From positions 1 to 39,142 of IMG/VR virus record IMGVR_UViG_3300031912_000037: a stretch of 39,142 nt of DNA; one strand, 5' to 3'. This document shows positions 29,421 to 37,142 of this stretch, one piece after another; positions within the stretch are counted from its first letter, which is position 1, and every line of letters begins with the position of its first letter. Position numbers and translations under genes: made by a program. Under the pieces are notes generated by a model that worked only from the letters and a program-made list of their open reading frames with translations, was not told the origin of the DNA and did no database searches. This DNA is from a virus (lineage: Duplodnaviria; Caudoviricetes).

Positions 29421-29872
29421 TTCGGATCGCGCTTGAGGGCGCGGATTTCTGACGCGCATCCTCCAGCTTGTCCAATTAGGCGCTCGCACACCTTCTCGCA
29501 CTGTTCGACTGCCATGTTCCATCCAGCCCAATAACTAGGCATATCAGCAGCATCATCCCGCTCGCTGCTGTCGGGCTGCGCGGGGGCGGCGTCGTACATC
29601 GCGCGCCATATCTTCGCCATGCACATAATCGTGGGCGACTCCCACGTGTGTTCAGTGGGAGACAGATCAGGCCAGTAATGTCGGTGATACGCCCCTATGC
29701 CAGCGAGACACATTTCTGCTGTTGCGGTCGGTTCCCTCAACACCTGCGGCGCGGCGAGGTCTTGCGCTCTCCACTTGTGAGCATCACGCACAAGACCGTC
29801 GAATATTTCCTTTGGTCCCTCCCAATAGGTAAATATCTCGTCGGGAGTATCGTCATCCATCTCATCAGCCAT
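29417..29872 (-). CDS. Hypothetical protein (starts MAD within junction repeat)
   Basis: PTxEM and C-terminal CEKVCE...CASEIRALK motifs common in phage early genes. Confidence 0.6.
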   Translation of the reverse strand: MADEMDDDTPDEIFTYWEGPKEIFDGLVRDAHKWRAQDLAAPQVLREPTATAEMCLAGIGAYHRHYWPDLSPTEHTWESPTIMCMAKIWRAMYDAAPAQPDSSERDDAADMPSYWAGWNMAVEQCEKVCERLIGQAGGCASEIRALKRDPK

Positions 29873-30035
29873 CGCGGCGCTCGCTTTCCTTCGTAGCCTC
29901 CACGGGCGCGAATATCGAACTAGGGCAAATGAACAGCGCCCGCGCGATCTGATTGCCGTCCGAGTAATTTGCAATCATGTGTTGCTGCTTCGTAAAGCCG
30001 CAGAACATGCACACTTGCGCTAGATTATCAGCCAT
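29865..30035 (-). CDS. 56-aa cassette protein (not in ORF track)
   Basis: MADNLAQVCMFCGFTKQQH...ICPSSIFAPVEATKESERRDG*; starts and stops within repeats; CxxC...H...C. Confidence 0.7.
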   Translation of the reverse strand: MADNLAQVCMFCGFTKQQHMIANYSDGNQIARALFICPSSIFAPVEATKESERRDG

Positions 30036-30210
30036 CGCGGCGGTCCTTCCTCCAATCGCGCCAGCACAATTTAAGCATCCACCATGTAAGTTGTAGGCGT
30101 GGACTGCCTGTGTCCATGATCCACTCGTCCGGCACGCGAAGCCGATAGGTGACGCACCTATCCATCATCGGGTACTCTTTGGTGATGCTCGGTTTCAAAG
30201 CATCAGCCAT
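30028..30210 (-). CDS. 60-aa cassette protein
   Basis: MADALKP...KDRRDG*; starts and stops within repeats. Confidence 0.65.
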   Translation of the reverse strand: MADALKPSITKEYPMMDRCVTYRLRVPDEWIMDTGSPRLQLTWWMLKLCWRDWRKDRRDG

Positions 30211-30361
30211 CGCGGCTCCCAACCTGATCGTGAAACGTAATTGTTATTTCATCCTCACGGGTCCACTCGTGCGGACCAGAATGATCGTCTAGGAGCATAC
30301 ATAAAGTCCCACAGCCATCCTCATCGTCCGGTCCCGATTCCCAACAATGAACATCAGCCAT
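30203..30361 (-). CDS. 52-aa cassette protein, Cys/His motif
   Basis: MADVHCWE...CGTLCMLLDDHSGPHEW...GSRDG*. Confidence 0.7.
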   Translation of the reverse strand: MADVHCWESGPDDEDGCGTLCMLLDDHSGPHEWTREDEITITFHDQVGSRDG

Positions 30362-30830
30362 CGCGGCGGTCCTCCGCACGCTCTCGATTAGCGATGCGCA
30401 ACAAGACGTCCGCGTGGCACGGCCGGTCGAGTGCGCACCAGCACGCGAGATTCTTGCCGCGAAGTTCTGTCTCGGCCTCATGTGCGAGCCGAGCGCCTTC
30501 GACACTGAGATCGATCCACTGCTGAAACGCCTCGACCGAATTCATGGCATTGTCCGTGCGATATGGATTGCCCCACTTGCCAGGTCGCGTGACCTTGACC
30601 GTGTTCGGCGGCATCCGCCAGCCCTTGAGCCGCGAGAGTTGAATGCGAACGGGCATATTCATCCGTGCTATGTGCCATTCAGTGTGCAGCCTCGCGTAGT
30701 TCACTCCGTCGCGCGGATCGAGCAGGATCGCAGCGCCGCAGACGAGGCAGGTACAGAATCCGATCCGGGCACCCTCAGCTTGTAGCGCGGTAGCTGGCGT
30801 AAAGTGCTGGTCATACAGATCGTGTTTCAT
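30354..30830 (-). CDS. DUF4326-family protein with extra N-terminal CxxC/H domain
   Basis: RIQLSRxKGWRMPPNTVKVTRPGKWGNPY...LRGKNLACWCxLDxPCHADVLL. Confidence 0.8.
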   Translation of the reverse strand: MKHDLYDQHFTPATALQAEGARIGFCTCLVCGAAILLDPRDGVNYARLHTEWHIARMNMPVRIQLSRLKGWRMPPNTVKVTRPGKWGNPYRTDNAMNSVEAFQQWIDLSVEGARLAHEAETELRGKNLACWCALDRPCHADVLLRIANRERAEDRRDG

Positions 30831-31171
30831 TTCTTCCCGCTCCCGGCGCTGGCGAGGGCCTGCTTTCTAGCTTCCAGAAATGCATTAACGCTATCCTTCT
30901 GACCACTAACTGACACGTCGCCTGATGCGTAGAACAGGTCTAGCAGCGCCTCCCGCAGCGCCTCGACCTGCGCCCGCAGGCGGTCTAGCTTGCCAGTATC
31001 GATCAGCGTGATGCCTACGGAAGCCGCATCATAGACGCCGGTGATAACCTGCGCCCGCAGGCGCGCGAGTTCGTCGGCGGCTTCGCATAGCAAAGAGTTC
31101 GGCATCCATACATCAAGTGGCTTGTATGCCGCACGCAATCTCTCTTCCAGCGTCGGGCGCGGGTCAGTCAT
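30827..31171 (-). CDS. Hypothetical protein
   Basis: ERLRA...EAADELARLRA motif; ATGA overlaps on both sides. Confidence 0.65.
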   Translation of the reverse strand: MTDPRPTLEERLRAAYKPLDVWMPNSLLCEAADELARLRAQVITGVYDAASVGITLIDTGKLDRLRAQVEALREALLDLFYASGDVSVSGQKDSVNAFLEARKQALASAGSGKK

Positions 31172-32262
31172 GATGCGATCGCTTGCGCCGGTTCAGTCTG
31201 TGTCGGTTCCGTGGGCGGTGGCTCTGGCGCAAACTCCTTCTCGAGCTCCGCCAGACCATGCTTGAGCACGGCGAGCGTGAACCCCTCCACCTCTTTCCAG
31301 CTGGTCGTCATGAAATGCTTGTCGATCAGACGCACAATCTCCTTCTTGCCCTCCTTCGACTGACCCGAGAGATCATTCTTCGTGAACAACGCCTGAATCT
31401 TCTCGAGCACGATTTCCTTCTGCTCTTGCTCATAGCGCCACGACGGACGCTCTGGGCTGCCCATCTCGCCCACCATGGACTCGCTGGTGCGCGACAGATC
31501 GACACCCATCTGCGTGCCACCCAAGTTCAGGAATTGGATGTGCGGCTTGAACGTGTCGAACGTCGGATTGTTGAACGCCCGTCCGTCGATCAACGTTGAG
31601 CGGTCTTTCAGGATGTTCGCCGTGCGATGCACTTGGAGTGTCCTGGGATCCACGTTGCGCTCCATCATGACCAGGAGCGAGGGTTCGAACCCGATCTCAC
31701 TCTCCGCTTTCATGCGAACGCCACTCTTCTGGAGCTCCTTCTTGCCAGTGTCCTCATCGACGTTGTACTCGTACTCGTACCCTGCACGACCACAGATGAT
31801 CATGTGCAGATTCGAATTCACGTAGACGTCGGTGAACTTCGCCCACTCCGGCTTGAGCCAGCCCCAGTCCTGAAACTCGAGCCGCGTGCGGTTCTTGCGC
31901 TTCTTGTAGGACTCAACAAACTCAGTCCAAAAGTGGGTCACGCTGTCGACGATCAACCCGGATCCGCTCTCCTCGGCTTCGCGCACCGCAGGCACCAGGT
32001 CCTTGAAGGCGCGGCTTTTCAGCACGCGCAACTCAATGTTGTTCGCACGGATGATCGGCGCAAGCCAGTCGGAACCGGTCTCGGTGTCGATGAAATAGAG
32101 GGGTCGATCCCCCTCTGGAATCTTCAACTCCCTCATGTAGTGGATCAACCCGATCATGAGCGCCGTGGCCGTGAACGTCTTGCCACTCCCGGCGAAGCCT
32201 TGGAATCCAGCCTTGAGCCTCGCCTGGGTGTTGGTCGACGTGCTGAACAGGGATTCAGCCAT
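31168..32262 (-). CDS. Sak4-like P-loop ATPase (single-strand annealing recombinase)
   Basis: Walker A GFAGSGKT, IDTE, Walker B LIVDSVTHFW, KDRS. Confidence 0.78.
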   Translation of the reverse strand: MAESLFSTSTNTQARLKAGFQGFAGSGKTFTATALMIGLIHYMRELKIPEGDRPLYFIDTETGSDWLAPIIRANNIELRVLKSRAFKDLVPAVREAEESGSGLIVDSVTHFWTEFVESYKKRKNRTRLEFQDWGWLKPEWAKFTDVYVNSNLHMIICGRAGYEYEYNVDEDTGKKELQKSGVRMKAESEIGFEPSLLVMMERNVDPRTLQVHRTANILKDRSTLIDGRAFNNPTFDTFKPHIQFLNLGGTQMGVDLSRTSESMVGEMGSPERPSWRYEQEQKEIVLEKIQALFTKNDLSGQSKEGKKEIVRLIDKHFMTTSWKEVEGFTLAVLKHGLAELEKEFAPEPPPTEPTQTEPAQAIAS

Positions 32263-32515
32263 TGGAAACCTCCTTCACTTCGATCGGTTCGTACATCTTC
32301 CCATCGGGTCCGCAGTGACCACTGGGCAAGCGAGCCGACGAACAGAAGTCCATCAACTCGCGTCGCATCTCGTCATCATCGGCGTACCGCGTGCCAGTGA
32401 CAAGGTACTCTGCTTCTGTTCGTTTCCATCCAGTGCGAGCGCACTTGAAGAACCGCGCCTGCTCTCCGCGATGGTACTTGCAGTCGCGGCAAAACTTTCT
32501 GTCTTCATCGTTCAT
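32255..32515 (-). CDS. Small Cys-rich hypothetical protein
   Basis: FCRDCKY...C...C..AR...CGPDGK. Confidence 0.65.
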   Translation of the reverse strand: MNDEDRKFCRDCKYHRGEQARFFKCARTGWKRTEAEYLVTGTRYADDDEMRRELMDFCSSARLPSGHCGPDGKMYEPIEVKEVSNG

Positions 32516-32691
32516 GGTGTTTTCCTCTGTAGTAGTTTGCGTCGTGCCTCTGACAGCTGGCGAATCTCGGCCCGCTTCTTCGCGTCTTCCTGCTCCTGCT
32601 TCATTTCCTTTCGGACTCGCTCAAAGGTTTTGCGGATGTTTGTCCGGTCCGCTGGTGTGTACTTGAACGTCGGGTCGAGAAGGGTCTTCAT
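32512..32691 (-). CDS. 59-aa hypothetical protein (not in ORF track)
   Basis: MKTLLDPTFKYTPADRTNIRKTFERVRKE...; ATGA overlaps at both ends. Confidence 0.7.
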   Translation of the reverse strand: MKTLLDPTFKYTPADRTNIRKTFERVRKEMKQEQEDAKKRAEIRQLSEARRKLLQRKTP

Positions 32692-32867
32692 CGGCTTTTC
32701 TTCACTGTCCGTTCGTAGCCAAAGAACGCCAGAAACTTCGGGCCAGGTTGCTTTCGACCACGCAGCACGTCGTTCAAATACTGCTGCGATATTCCGATTG
32801 ACTCCGCTGCGGCCCGCTGGCTTCCAGCACTCTTGACTCTCTTCCGAATCGCGTCTAATATGCTCAT
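32688..32867 (-). CDS. XRE/Cro-family HTH regulator, 59 aa (not in ORF track)
   Basis: MSILDAIRKRVKSAGSQRAAAESIGISQQYLNDVLRGRKQPGPKFLAFFG; first gene after promoter. Confidence 0.8.
   Translation of the reverse strand: MSILDAIRKRVKSAGSQRAAAESIGISQQYLNDVLRGRKQPGPKFLAFFGYERTVKKSR
32833..32861 (+). promoter_or_regulatory. Sigma70-like rightward promoter inside the 5' end of the HTH gene
   Basis: TTGACT (32833-38) - 17 bp - TAATAT (32856-61). Confidence 0.55.
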
Positions 32868-32876
32868 ACGATGATT

Positions 32877-32905
32877 AGCGTATCCGCGAATTGGAGTAAT
32901 GTCAA
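32877..32905 (-). promoter_or_regulatory. Sigma70-like leftward promoter
   Basis: Minus strand TTGACA - 17 bp - TACGCT, 9 nt before the ATG of the HTH gene. Confidence 0.7.
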
Positions 32906-33130
32906 GTGACCAAGATGCTACGTCCCAATCATGAAGGGCACTTTTGGTACCGCGACCGACATGGCGCCCTGTGGTGCATCAGAGTGGAAAGAAAAATGGG
33001 GGAGCTACGGGGATGGGCTCCGGCGATGGACTTCGCCGAACCAATACATCCGGGATCGGACGGCTACGATTACTGGCTCACTGACGGGCAGTGGCTAGGA
33101 GAAGCCATCCCGCCGAAGGAAGGCACATGA
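32906..33130 (+). CDS. Hypothetical Trp-rich protein
   Basis: GTG start with GGAG RBS; P...GHFWYR...WLGEAIPP. Confidence 0.65.
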   Translation: MTKMLRPNHEGHFWYRDRHGALWCIRVERKMGELRGWAPAMDFAEPIHPGSDGYDYWLTDGQWLGEAIPPKEGT

Positions 33131-33537
33131 CCAAGATGCTGCGCCTCGAGATGGACGAGTTCAAGCGCCTGGTCGCTCGCAACGACAAGCTGCTCAAGGC
33201 AGCGGATCCGCACCTGAAGTTTCGCAATAGACCCACCGGCGGGTACCACTCGAGGAAAGAGCACGATCGCGCCGTGTCGCTCAAGCTCATGGAGAAGGCG
33301 GGCGACATCTACGACCTGGCAGAGCAAGTCCCATTCGAATTGGTCCCGCCCCAGCCAAGGACCGCGAGCGCAGAACCAGAGCGGCCCGTGGTCTACTACG
33401 CCGATTTCGTTTACAAGGACCGCCAAGGGAATCTGCACGTCGAGGACGTCAAGAGTCCTGCCACGCGCACCCCTGACTACATCATCAAGCGCAAGCTGAT
33501 GCGACACGTGCACGGCATTGTCGTCGAAGAGATTTGA
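33127..33537 (+). CDS. DUF1064-family PD-(D/E)XK nuclease
   Basis: SRKE...LxxQVPFEL...YYADFVY...VEDVKS...TPDYIIKRKLM. Confidence 0.85.
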   Translation: MTKMLRLEMDEFKRLVARNDKLLKAADPHLKFRNRPTGGYHSRKEHDRAVSLKLMEKAGDIYDLAEQVPFELVPPQPRTASAEPERPVVYYADFVYKDRQGNLHVEDVKSPATRTPDYIIKRKLMRHVHGIVVEEI

Positions 33538-33552
33538 GAGTAAATTTTACAA

Positions 33553-33616
33553 GCGGGCGGCAGTGGCCGACATCTCCTCCCTGGATGACTGTCCCACCGC
33601 GCTGCTGCCGTCCCGC
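33553..33616 (+). ncRNA. Structured intergenic RNA with CUCCUCCC loop
   Basis: Outer stem GCGGG-CGGCAG / CTGCCG-T-CCCGC; inner CATC-TCCTCCCTG-GATG hairpin. Confidence 0.4.
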
Positions 33617-33636
33617 CCCATACAGAGGAGAATTCC

Positions 33637-33813
33637 ATGCTTGCCGATTCCCAGACGCGGCCTGAAGGACCGCTCTACTCCGTGTTCATCCGTAACGACG
33701 AGGGCAAGCGAAAACTCTGGAAGAACACGCCCGAACGAGAGAAAGCAGAGCTCGAGGTCAAGGCACTCAAGGTCCACGGCTTTGACGCCGTGATCGTCGA
33801 AGTCCAGAGCTAG
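33637..33813 (+). CDS. 58-aa hypothetical protein (not in ORF track)
   Basis: RBS GAGGAG; MLADSQTRPEGPLYSVFIRNDEGKRKLWKNTPEREKAELEVKALKVHGFDAVIVEVQS*. Confidence 0.65.
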   Translation: MLADSQTRPEGPLYSVFIRNDEGKRKLWKNTPEREKAELEVKALKVHGFDAVIVEVQS

Positions 33814-33818
33814 CTCCC

Positions 33819-34133
33819 GTGGTCCAGCTGCGAACGCCGCCCTTCGCGGCAGGGGCGGTTGCATCCGCCCGCGCGGGTAATGCACCGCACAATCACGTCT
33901 GCATCTACGTCGGCTGGCCCCCAAAGCATAGGGTCGCGCCCATCTACAGGTACGCCAGCTGGAAGGCTTGTGTCCCCCCGAACGAGGATCCCGCGGCCTA
34001 TGACTGGCGCTTCTGCGCCGGGATGGACGTGTTCATCGTCGGGGCCGGGGAGGAGATCGCCAAGGCGCTCGCTCCGATCGGGACCAGGAACACGATCATC
34101 CTGAATCGCTCCGCCATGACCCTATGTCCATGA
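33819..34133 (+). CDS. Hypothetical protein upstream of helicase
   Basis: 104 aa; stop overlaps helicase ATG (ATGA at 34130). Confidence 0.5.
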   Translation: MVQLRTPPFAAGAVASARAGNAPHNHVCIYVGWPPKHRVAPIYRYASWKACVPPNEDPAAYDWRFCAGMDVFIVGAGEEIAKALAPIGTRNTIILNRSAMTLCP

Positions 34134-35311
34134 GCGAAGACATCCCCCAGGACGCTGATCAACGGGCCGCGCAAGCCAAGGCCAACGTGATTCAGCACCC
34201 ATCGGTCGGGCGCAAGACGCTCGCTTGGGGTGCGCTGCAACAACGGGGAGCACCCCCAGGCCGCGACTGGGTGATCGACCACTGGGTCGGAATGGGCCAT
34301 GTGACCCTCCTGGCGGGCCGCGGCGGCATTGGCAAGTCCATCCTGGCCCAGCAGATGGCGAGCGCCATTGCGCTCGGCGTGGACTTCGTGGAGGCCGTCC
34401 AGAAGCCCAGAACCGTGCTCTACTGGGCGGCAGAGGACGATCATGACGAGCTTTGGCGTCGCCAGTGCGCGATCGCTGACTTCGCGGGCGTCGAGCTCTC
34501 CGCTTTCGATGGCTTCCTGCACATGGTCCCCCTGGCCGATGCCGAGTGCAGCCTCTTCGACGTCGCGAGCCGCGGCGAGATGGTCCGCACCTCAATCCTC
34601 GAGGAGTTGCGCGAGCAGATTGGGGACTACCACGCCGACCTGGTGGTGCTTGACAACATAGCTCGCCTCTTTGGTGGATCCGAGAATGACCGCCACCACG
34701 TCACGAGCTTCATGGCGAGCCTGAACTACGCCGCAGCGTCGACCAAGGCCGCAGTCCTGCTGCTGGGCCACATCGCCAAAAGCCTGAACTCGGAGTTTGC
34801 AGGGTCTAGCGCCTGGGAGAATGCTGCCCGTGCCCGACTCTGGCTCACAGATCAGCCTCCCGATAAGCCGCGGGAAGCCGGGGACGATGAGGAGCCAAAA
34901 CAGGACCTGCGTTACCTTGCCAAGCGCAAGGTGAACTACACCCACCAGGATCTATGCGTGCTGCGCTACCAGCAAGGCTGCTACCAGATGGTGAAGGCCC
35001 CGACCGCGGGCGGCCTGGTGCAGTCCATTGAGGCCGACAAGGCCCGCAGGGTGATTCTCTCAGCCATCCCCAGGTTGGACGCCATGGGGCTCAAGCCAGC
35101 GGTCAGCACCGCCTCGCCCCGCTACCTGCCCAAGCTGATCCTGCAATACGAGCTCGCGGAAGGACTAACCAAGTCAATGCTCAGTCGCGCCATGCGAAAC
35201 CTGATGGCCGACGGCGTGCTCCGCAGCGAGACCGTCGGCATGAATGACAATCGCCACGCGCAACTCGGCCTGGTGATCGTCAACGGTTCGGGTAGCCCCG
35301 CTGAAGCATAG
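34130..35311 (+). CDS. RepA-type (RSF1010-like, SF4) replicative helicase
   Basis: Walker A GRGGIGKS, YWAAED, Walker B LVVLDN, ENDR, H..K, GSSAWENAARAR; possible C-terminal winged helix. Confidence 0.85.
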   Translation: MSEDIPQDADQRAAQAKANVIQHPSVGRKTLAWGALQQRGAPPGRDWVIDHWVGMGHVTLLAGRGGIGKSILAQQMASAIALGVDFVEAVQKPRTVLYWAAEDDHDELWRRQCAIADFAGVELSAFDGFLHMVPLADAECSLFDVASRGEMVRTSILEELREQIGDYHADLVVLDNIARLFGGSENDRHHVTSFMASLNYAAASTKAAVLLLGHIAKSLNSEFAGSSAWENAARARLWLTDQPPDKPREAGDDEEPKQDLRYLAKRKVNYTHQDLCVLRYQQGCYQMVKAPTAGGLVQSIEADKARRVILSAIPRLDAMGLKPAVSTASPRYLPKLILQYELAEGLTKSMLSRAMRNLMADGVLRSETVGMNDNRHAQLGLVIVNGSGSPAEA

Positions 35312-35486
35312 CGCCGCGGCTCCCATTCGTATTCTGTTCGTTCAGCACGTTGCAGGCGATCGACGCCTGTAGCTCCGCATCCTCCCGGCTCTCCGCAGTG
35401 AACACCGCGATCTCGGCACCATTGGCCGCTTCGATGATCCAGGGTGCTCCTGACCTAAGTCGCCACGGGAATGGATAGATTTTCAC
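35280..35486 (-). CDS. Hypothetical protein
   Basis: GTG start with GGAGG RBS; PFPW...EAANGAEIA. Confidence 0.55.
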   Translation of the reverse strand: MKIYPFPWRLRSGAPWIIEAANGAEIAVFTAESREDAELQASIACNVLNEQNTNGSRGAMLQRGYPNR

Positions 35487-35587
35487 CAGAACCTCCGATA
35501 ATAGTCGTAGGCGTCGATTCCCAGCCAAAGCAGGACCGCGATCGCCACCAAGAGCACCAGCGCGTCGCCTATGCGGTCGGAATTCAT
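35483..35587 (-). CDS. 34-aa membrane peptide
   Basis: MNSDRIGDALVLLVAIAVLLWLGIDAYDYYRRFW*; 4-nt overlaps at both ends. Confidence 0.55.
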   Translation of the reverse strand: MNSDRIGDALVLLVAIAVLLWLGIDAYDYYRRFW

Positions 35588-35682
35588 CGCAGCAACCCCA
35601 GGAAATGCGCCACCCGGACGGCCACAAAAACCCAGATGGTGACGGTCGAAACAGCCAGCGCAAAAATAAGATCGTCCCTCAT
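35584..35682 (-). CDS. 32-aa membrane peptide
   Basis: MRDDLIFALAVSTVTIWVFVAVRVAHFLGLLR*; ATGA overlaps. Confidence 0.55.
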   Translation of the reverse strand: MRDDLIFALAVSTVTIWVFVAVRVAHFLGLLR

Positions 35683-35918
35683 GTTTCCCCCTTGGACCCG
35701 TAGCGGATCCGATTGAGTATCACCTTCGTTGGCTGTGTGTTCACGTCCACCCGCATGCTCGCGAGCTTGCCCCGCCATTCGGGGCCGCTCGGCATGTAAA
35801 CGGTAAACGCCGGGAAAGAATCAACGAACGCAGCGGCGAAATCGACGCAGTTTTGATAATCGCGCCCCGTCGCATAGGCCACCAGGTCGAAGACCTTACG
35901 CGCTTCTTCGAGTAGCAT
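35679..35918 (-). CDS. Hypothetical protein
   Basis: 79-aa ORF, RBS GAGGTG. Confidence 0.6.
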   Translation of the reverse strand: MLLEEARKVFDLVAYATGRDYQNCVDFAAAFVDSFPAFTVYMPSGPEWRGKLASMRVDVNTQPTKVILNRIRYGSKGET

Positions 35919-35926
35919 CGCGCACC

Positions 35927-36115
35927 TCAGAATGGACGGTTGAAAAATTCCGGATCAGGGTCCGGGTACTTGACTACGAAAGCCAAGCGAGCGACCGCTA
36001 CAGCGGCGGTCCGCTCATCCTGGTCTAAGTACGCCCGACGCAGCCAAAGCCGCATGCTCTTTAGCATCCGCTCGTCGGGCGTTTCGGGCGCATAGGTCCA
36101 GCGTTTCAGTAGCAT
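35927..36115 (-). CDS. Hypothetical protein
   Basis: 62-aa ORF, RBS GAGGTG, overlaps upstream gene. Confidence 0.55.
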   Translation of the reverse strand: MLLKRWTYAPETPDERMLKSMRLWLRRAYLDQDERTAAVAVARLAFVVKYPDPDPEFFNRPF

Positions 36116-36522
36116 GCGACACCTCGCGTATAGTCATCGTCCGGTAGCGGTTCGCGCGACACATACAGAGCACAGCCGCGCGGGTCCGTCTGATGGTAGA
36201 AGTGCAAACCCGCTTCCTTGCAGACGGCGGCGACGCGAGCGCGCGCACCCTTCTCACGGTCGGCAATGCGGCTACGGGTCACGTAATCCTTGCCGCGTCC
36301 GTGCAAATAGTGATGATGCACAAAGTACGGCGGTCCGTCGCCGTTGTCGTCGCGCTCGATGGCCCACGATCCATAATCATTGCCGTCCCCGCATTCGAGC
36401 TCGGCCCAGCGATGCAGGGTGAGTTGAGCACGCCGCAAGGTATTGGCATGAGCAAACGACAAGGTAATGCCGCGCCGTTCAAGGCGCAACATCAAGGATT
36501 CGGTTTCGGTTCTAGCTGACAT
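36106..36522 (-). CDS. Hypothetical early protein
   Basis: LHRWAELECG...YHQTDPRGCALY motif; RBS GGGAG. Confidence 0.7.
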   Translation of the reverse strand: MSARTETESLMLRLERRGITLSFAHANTLRRAQLTLHRWAELECGDGNDYGSWAIERDDNGDGPPYFVHHHYLHGRGKDYVTRSRIADREKGARARVAAVCKEAGLHFYHQTDPRGCALYVSREPLPDDDYTRGVACY

Positions 36523-36534
36523 GGTTTCTCCCGT

Positions 36535-37014
36535 TTAGTCTCTCAAACTCTCGTATACGCCATCGGGTATCCCGTCGCGACCGCGTGCGGCAAAGATGGA
36601 ATACCCTTTGTCAGCACACATTTGAATTCGCTCGCGCAACGACATCCGATCCCAGTATTCATAAACTTCGTTGTATTCCAGCTCGGACCAGTGCTCCTCG
36701 TTGTAAACGAGATAATTGTCTAGCTTGGTCTCGATCTTGTTTGCTTGCGCGATAGTCTCCGCGGGTGCATCGGCGCGAATGCACAAATATTCAACCCAAC
36801 CTACCGCCCAGTGGCCTGCTCGCCAATGATAGACGGCCGGCCGCTCCTCGAAATACTCGCGGCCGCCGTCATATGCTTCGGCTTTCAAATCCTGACAGAT
36901 ACACTCCCAGTTAGAACGATCAAGGGATGAGCTGTCGCGGTTACGGGTGATAAGTACATAGTCACCCTCGGGTGAGAATCCGCCATAATCGCGTGGGTGT
37001 TTCCAGGTTTGCAT
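36535..37014 (-). CDS. Hypothetical early protein
   Basis: RDS..L.RSNW...HWAVGWVE motif; RBS TAGGAG. Confidence 0.7.
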   Translation of the reverse strand: MQTWKHPRDYGGFSPEGDYVLITRNRDSSSLDRSNWECICQDLKAEAYDGGREYFEERPAVYHWRAGHWAVGWVEYLCIRADAPAETIAQANKIETKLDNYLVYNEEHWSELEYNEVYEYWDRMSLRERIQMCADKGYSIFAARGRDGIPDGVYESLRD

Positions 37015-37142
37015 GGTTGGATGCTCCTAGTTATGCGGTTTCGGCAACTGGGGCGGGGACTGGCAAGGTTTCAAGCCAATCGGGACGCGCAGTTGAGGGC
37101 GGCTCGGATCGCATGGGCATGAGCACGCCTAGCGCGGCATCA

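Larger units (their letters stand above)
29864..30367 (-). repeat. Four exact 15-bp direct repeats (GCCGCGATGGCTGAT on minus strand) at gene junctions
   Basis: Plus-strand ATCAGCCATCGCGGC at 29864, 30027, 30202, 30353; copies 2 and 4 identical over 21 bp. Confidence 0.92.

Noticed and set aside
29864-30367. Four regularly spaced repeats as a CRISPR array
   Set aside because: Repeats are only 15-21 bp, spacers are about 135-160 bp and are intact ORFs, and no cas genes are present
31183-32836. Long plus-strand ORFs (31183-31599, 31627-32400, 32156-32836) and similar ones opposite the large genes
   Set aside because: Antisense to well-supported genes in GC-rich sequence; no recognisable motifs
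37031-37126. Short minus-strand ORF ending PDWLETLPVPAPVAETA
   Set aside because: It fills a gap in the operon and may be real, but start and RBS are unclear
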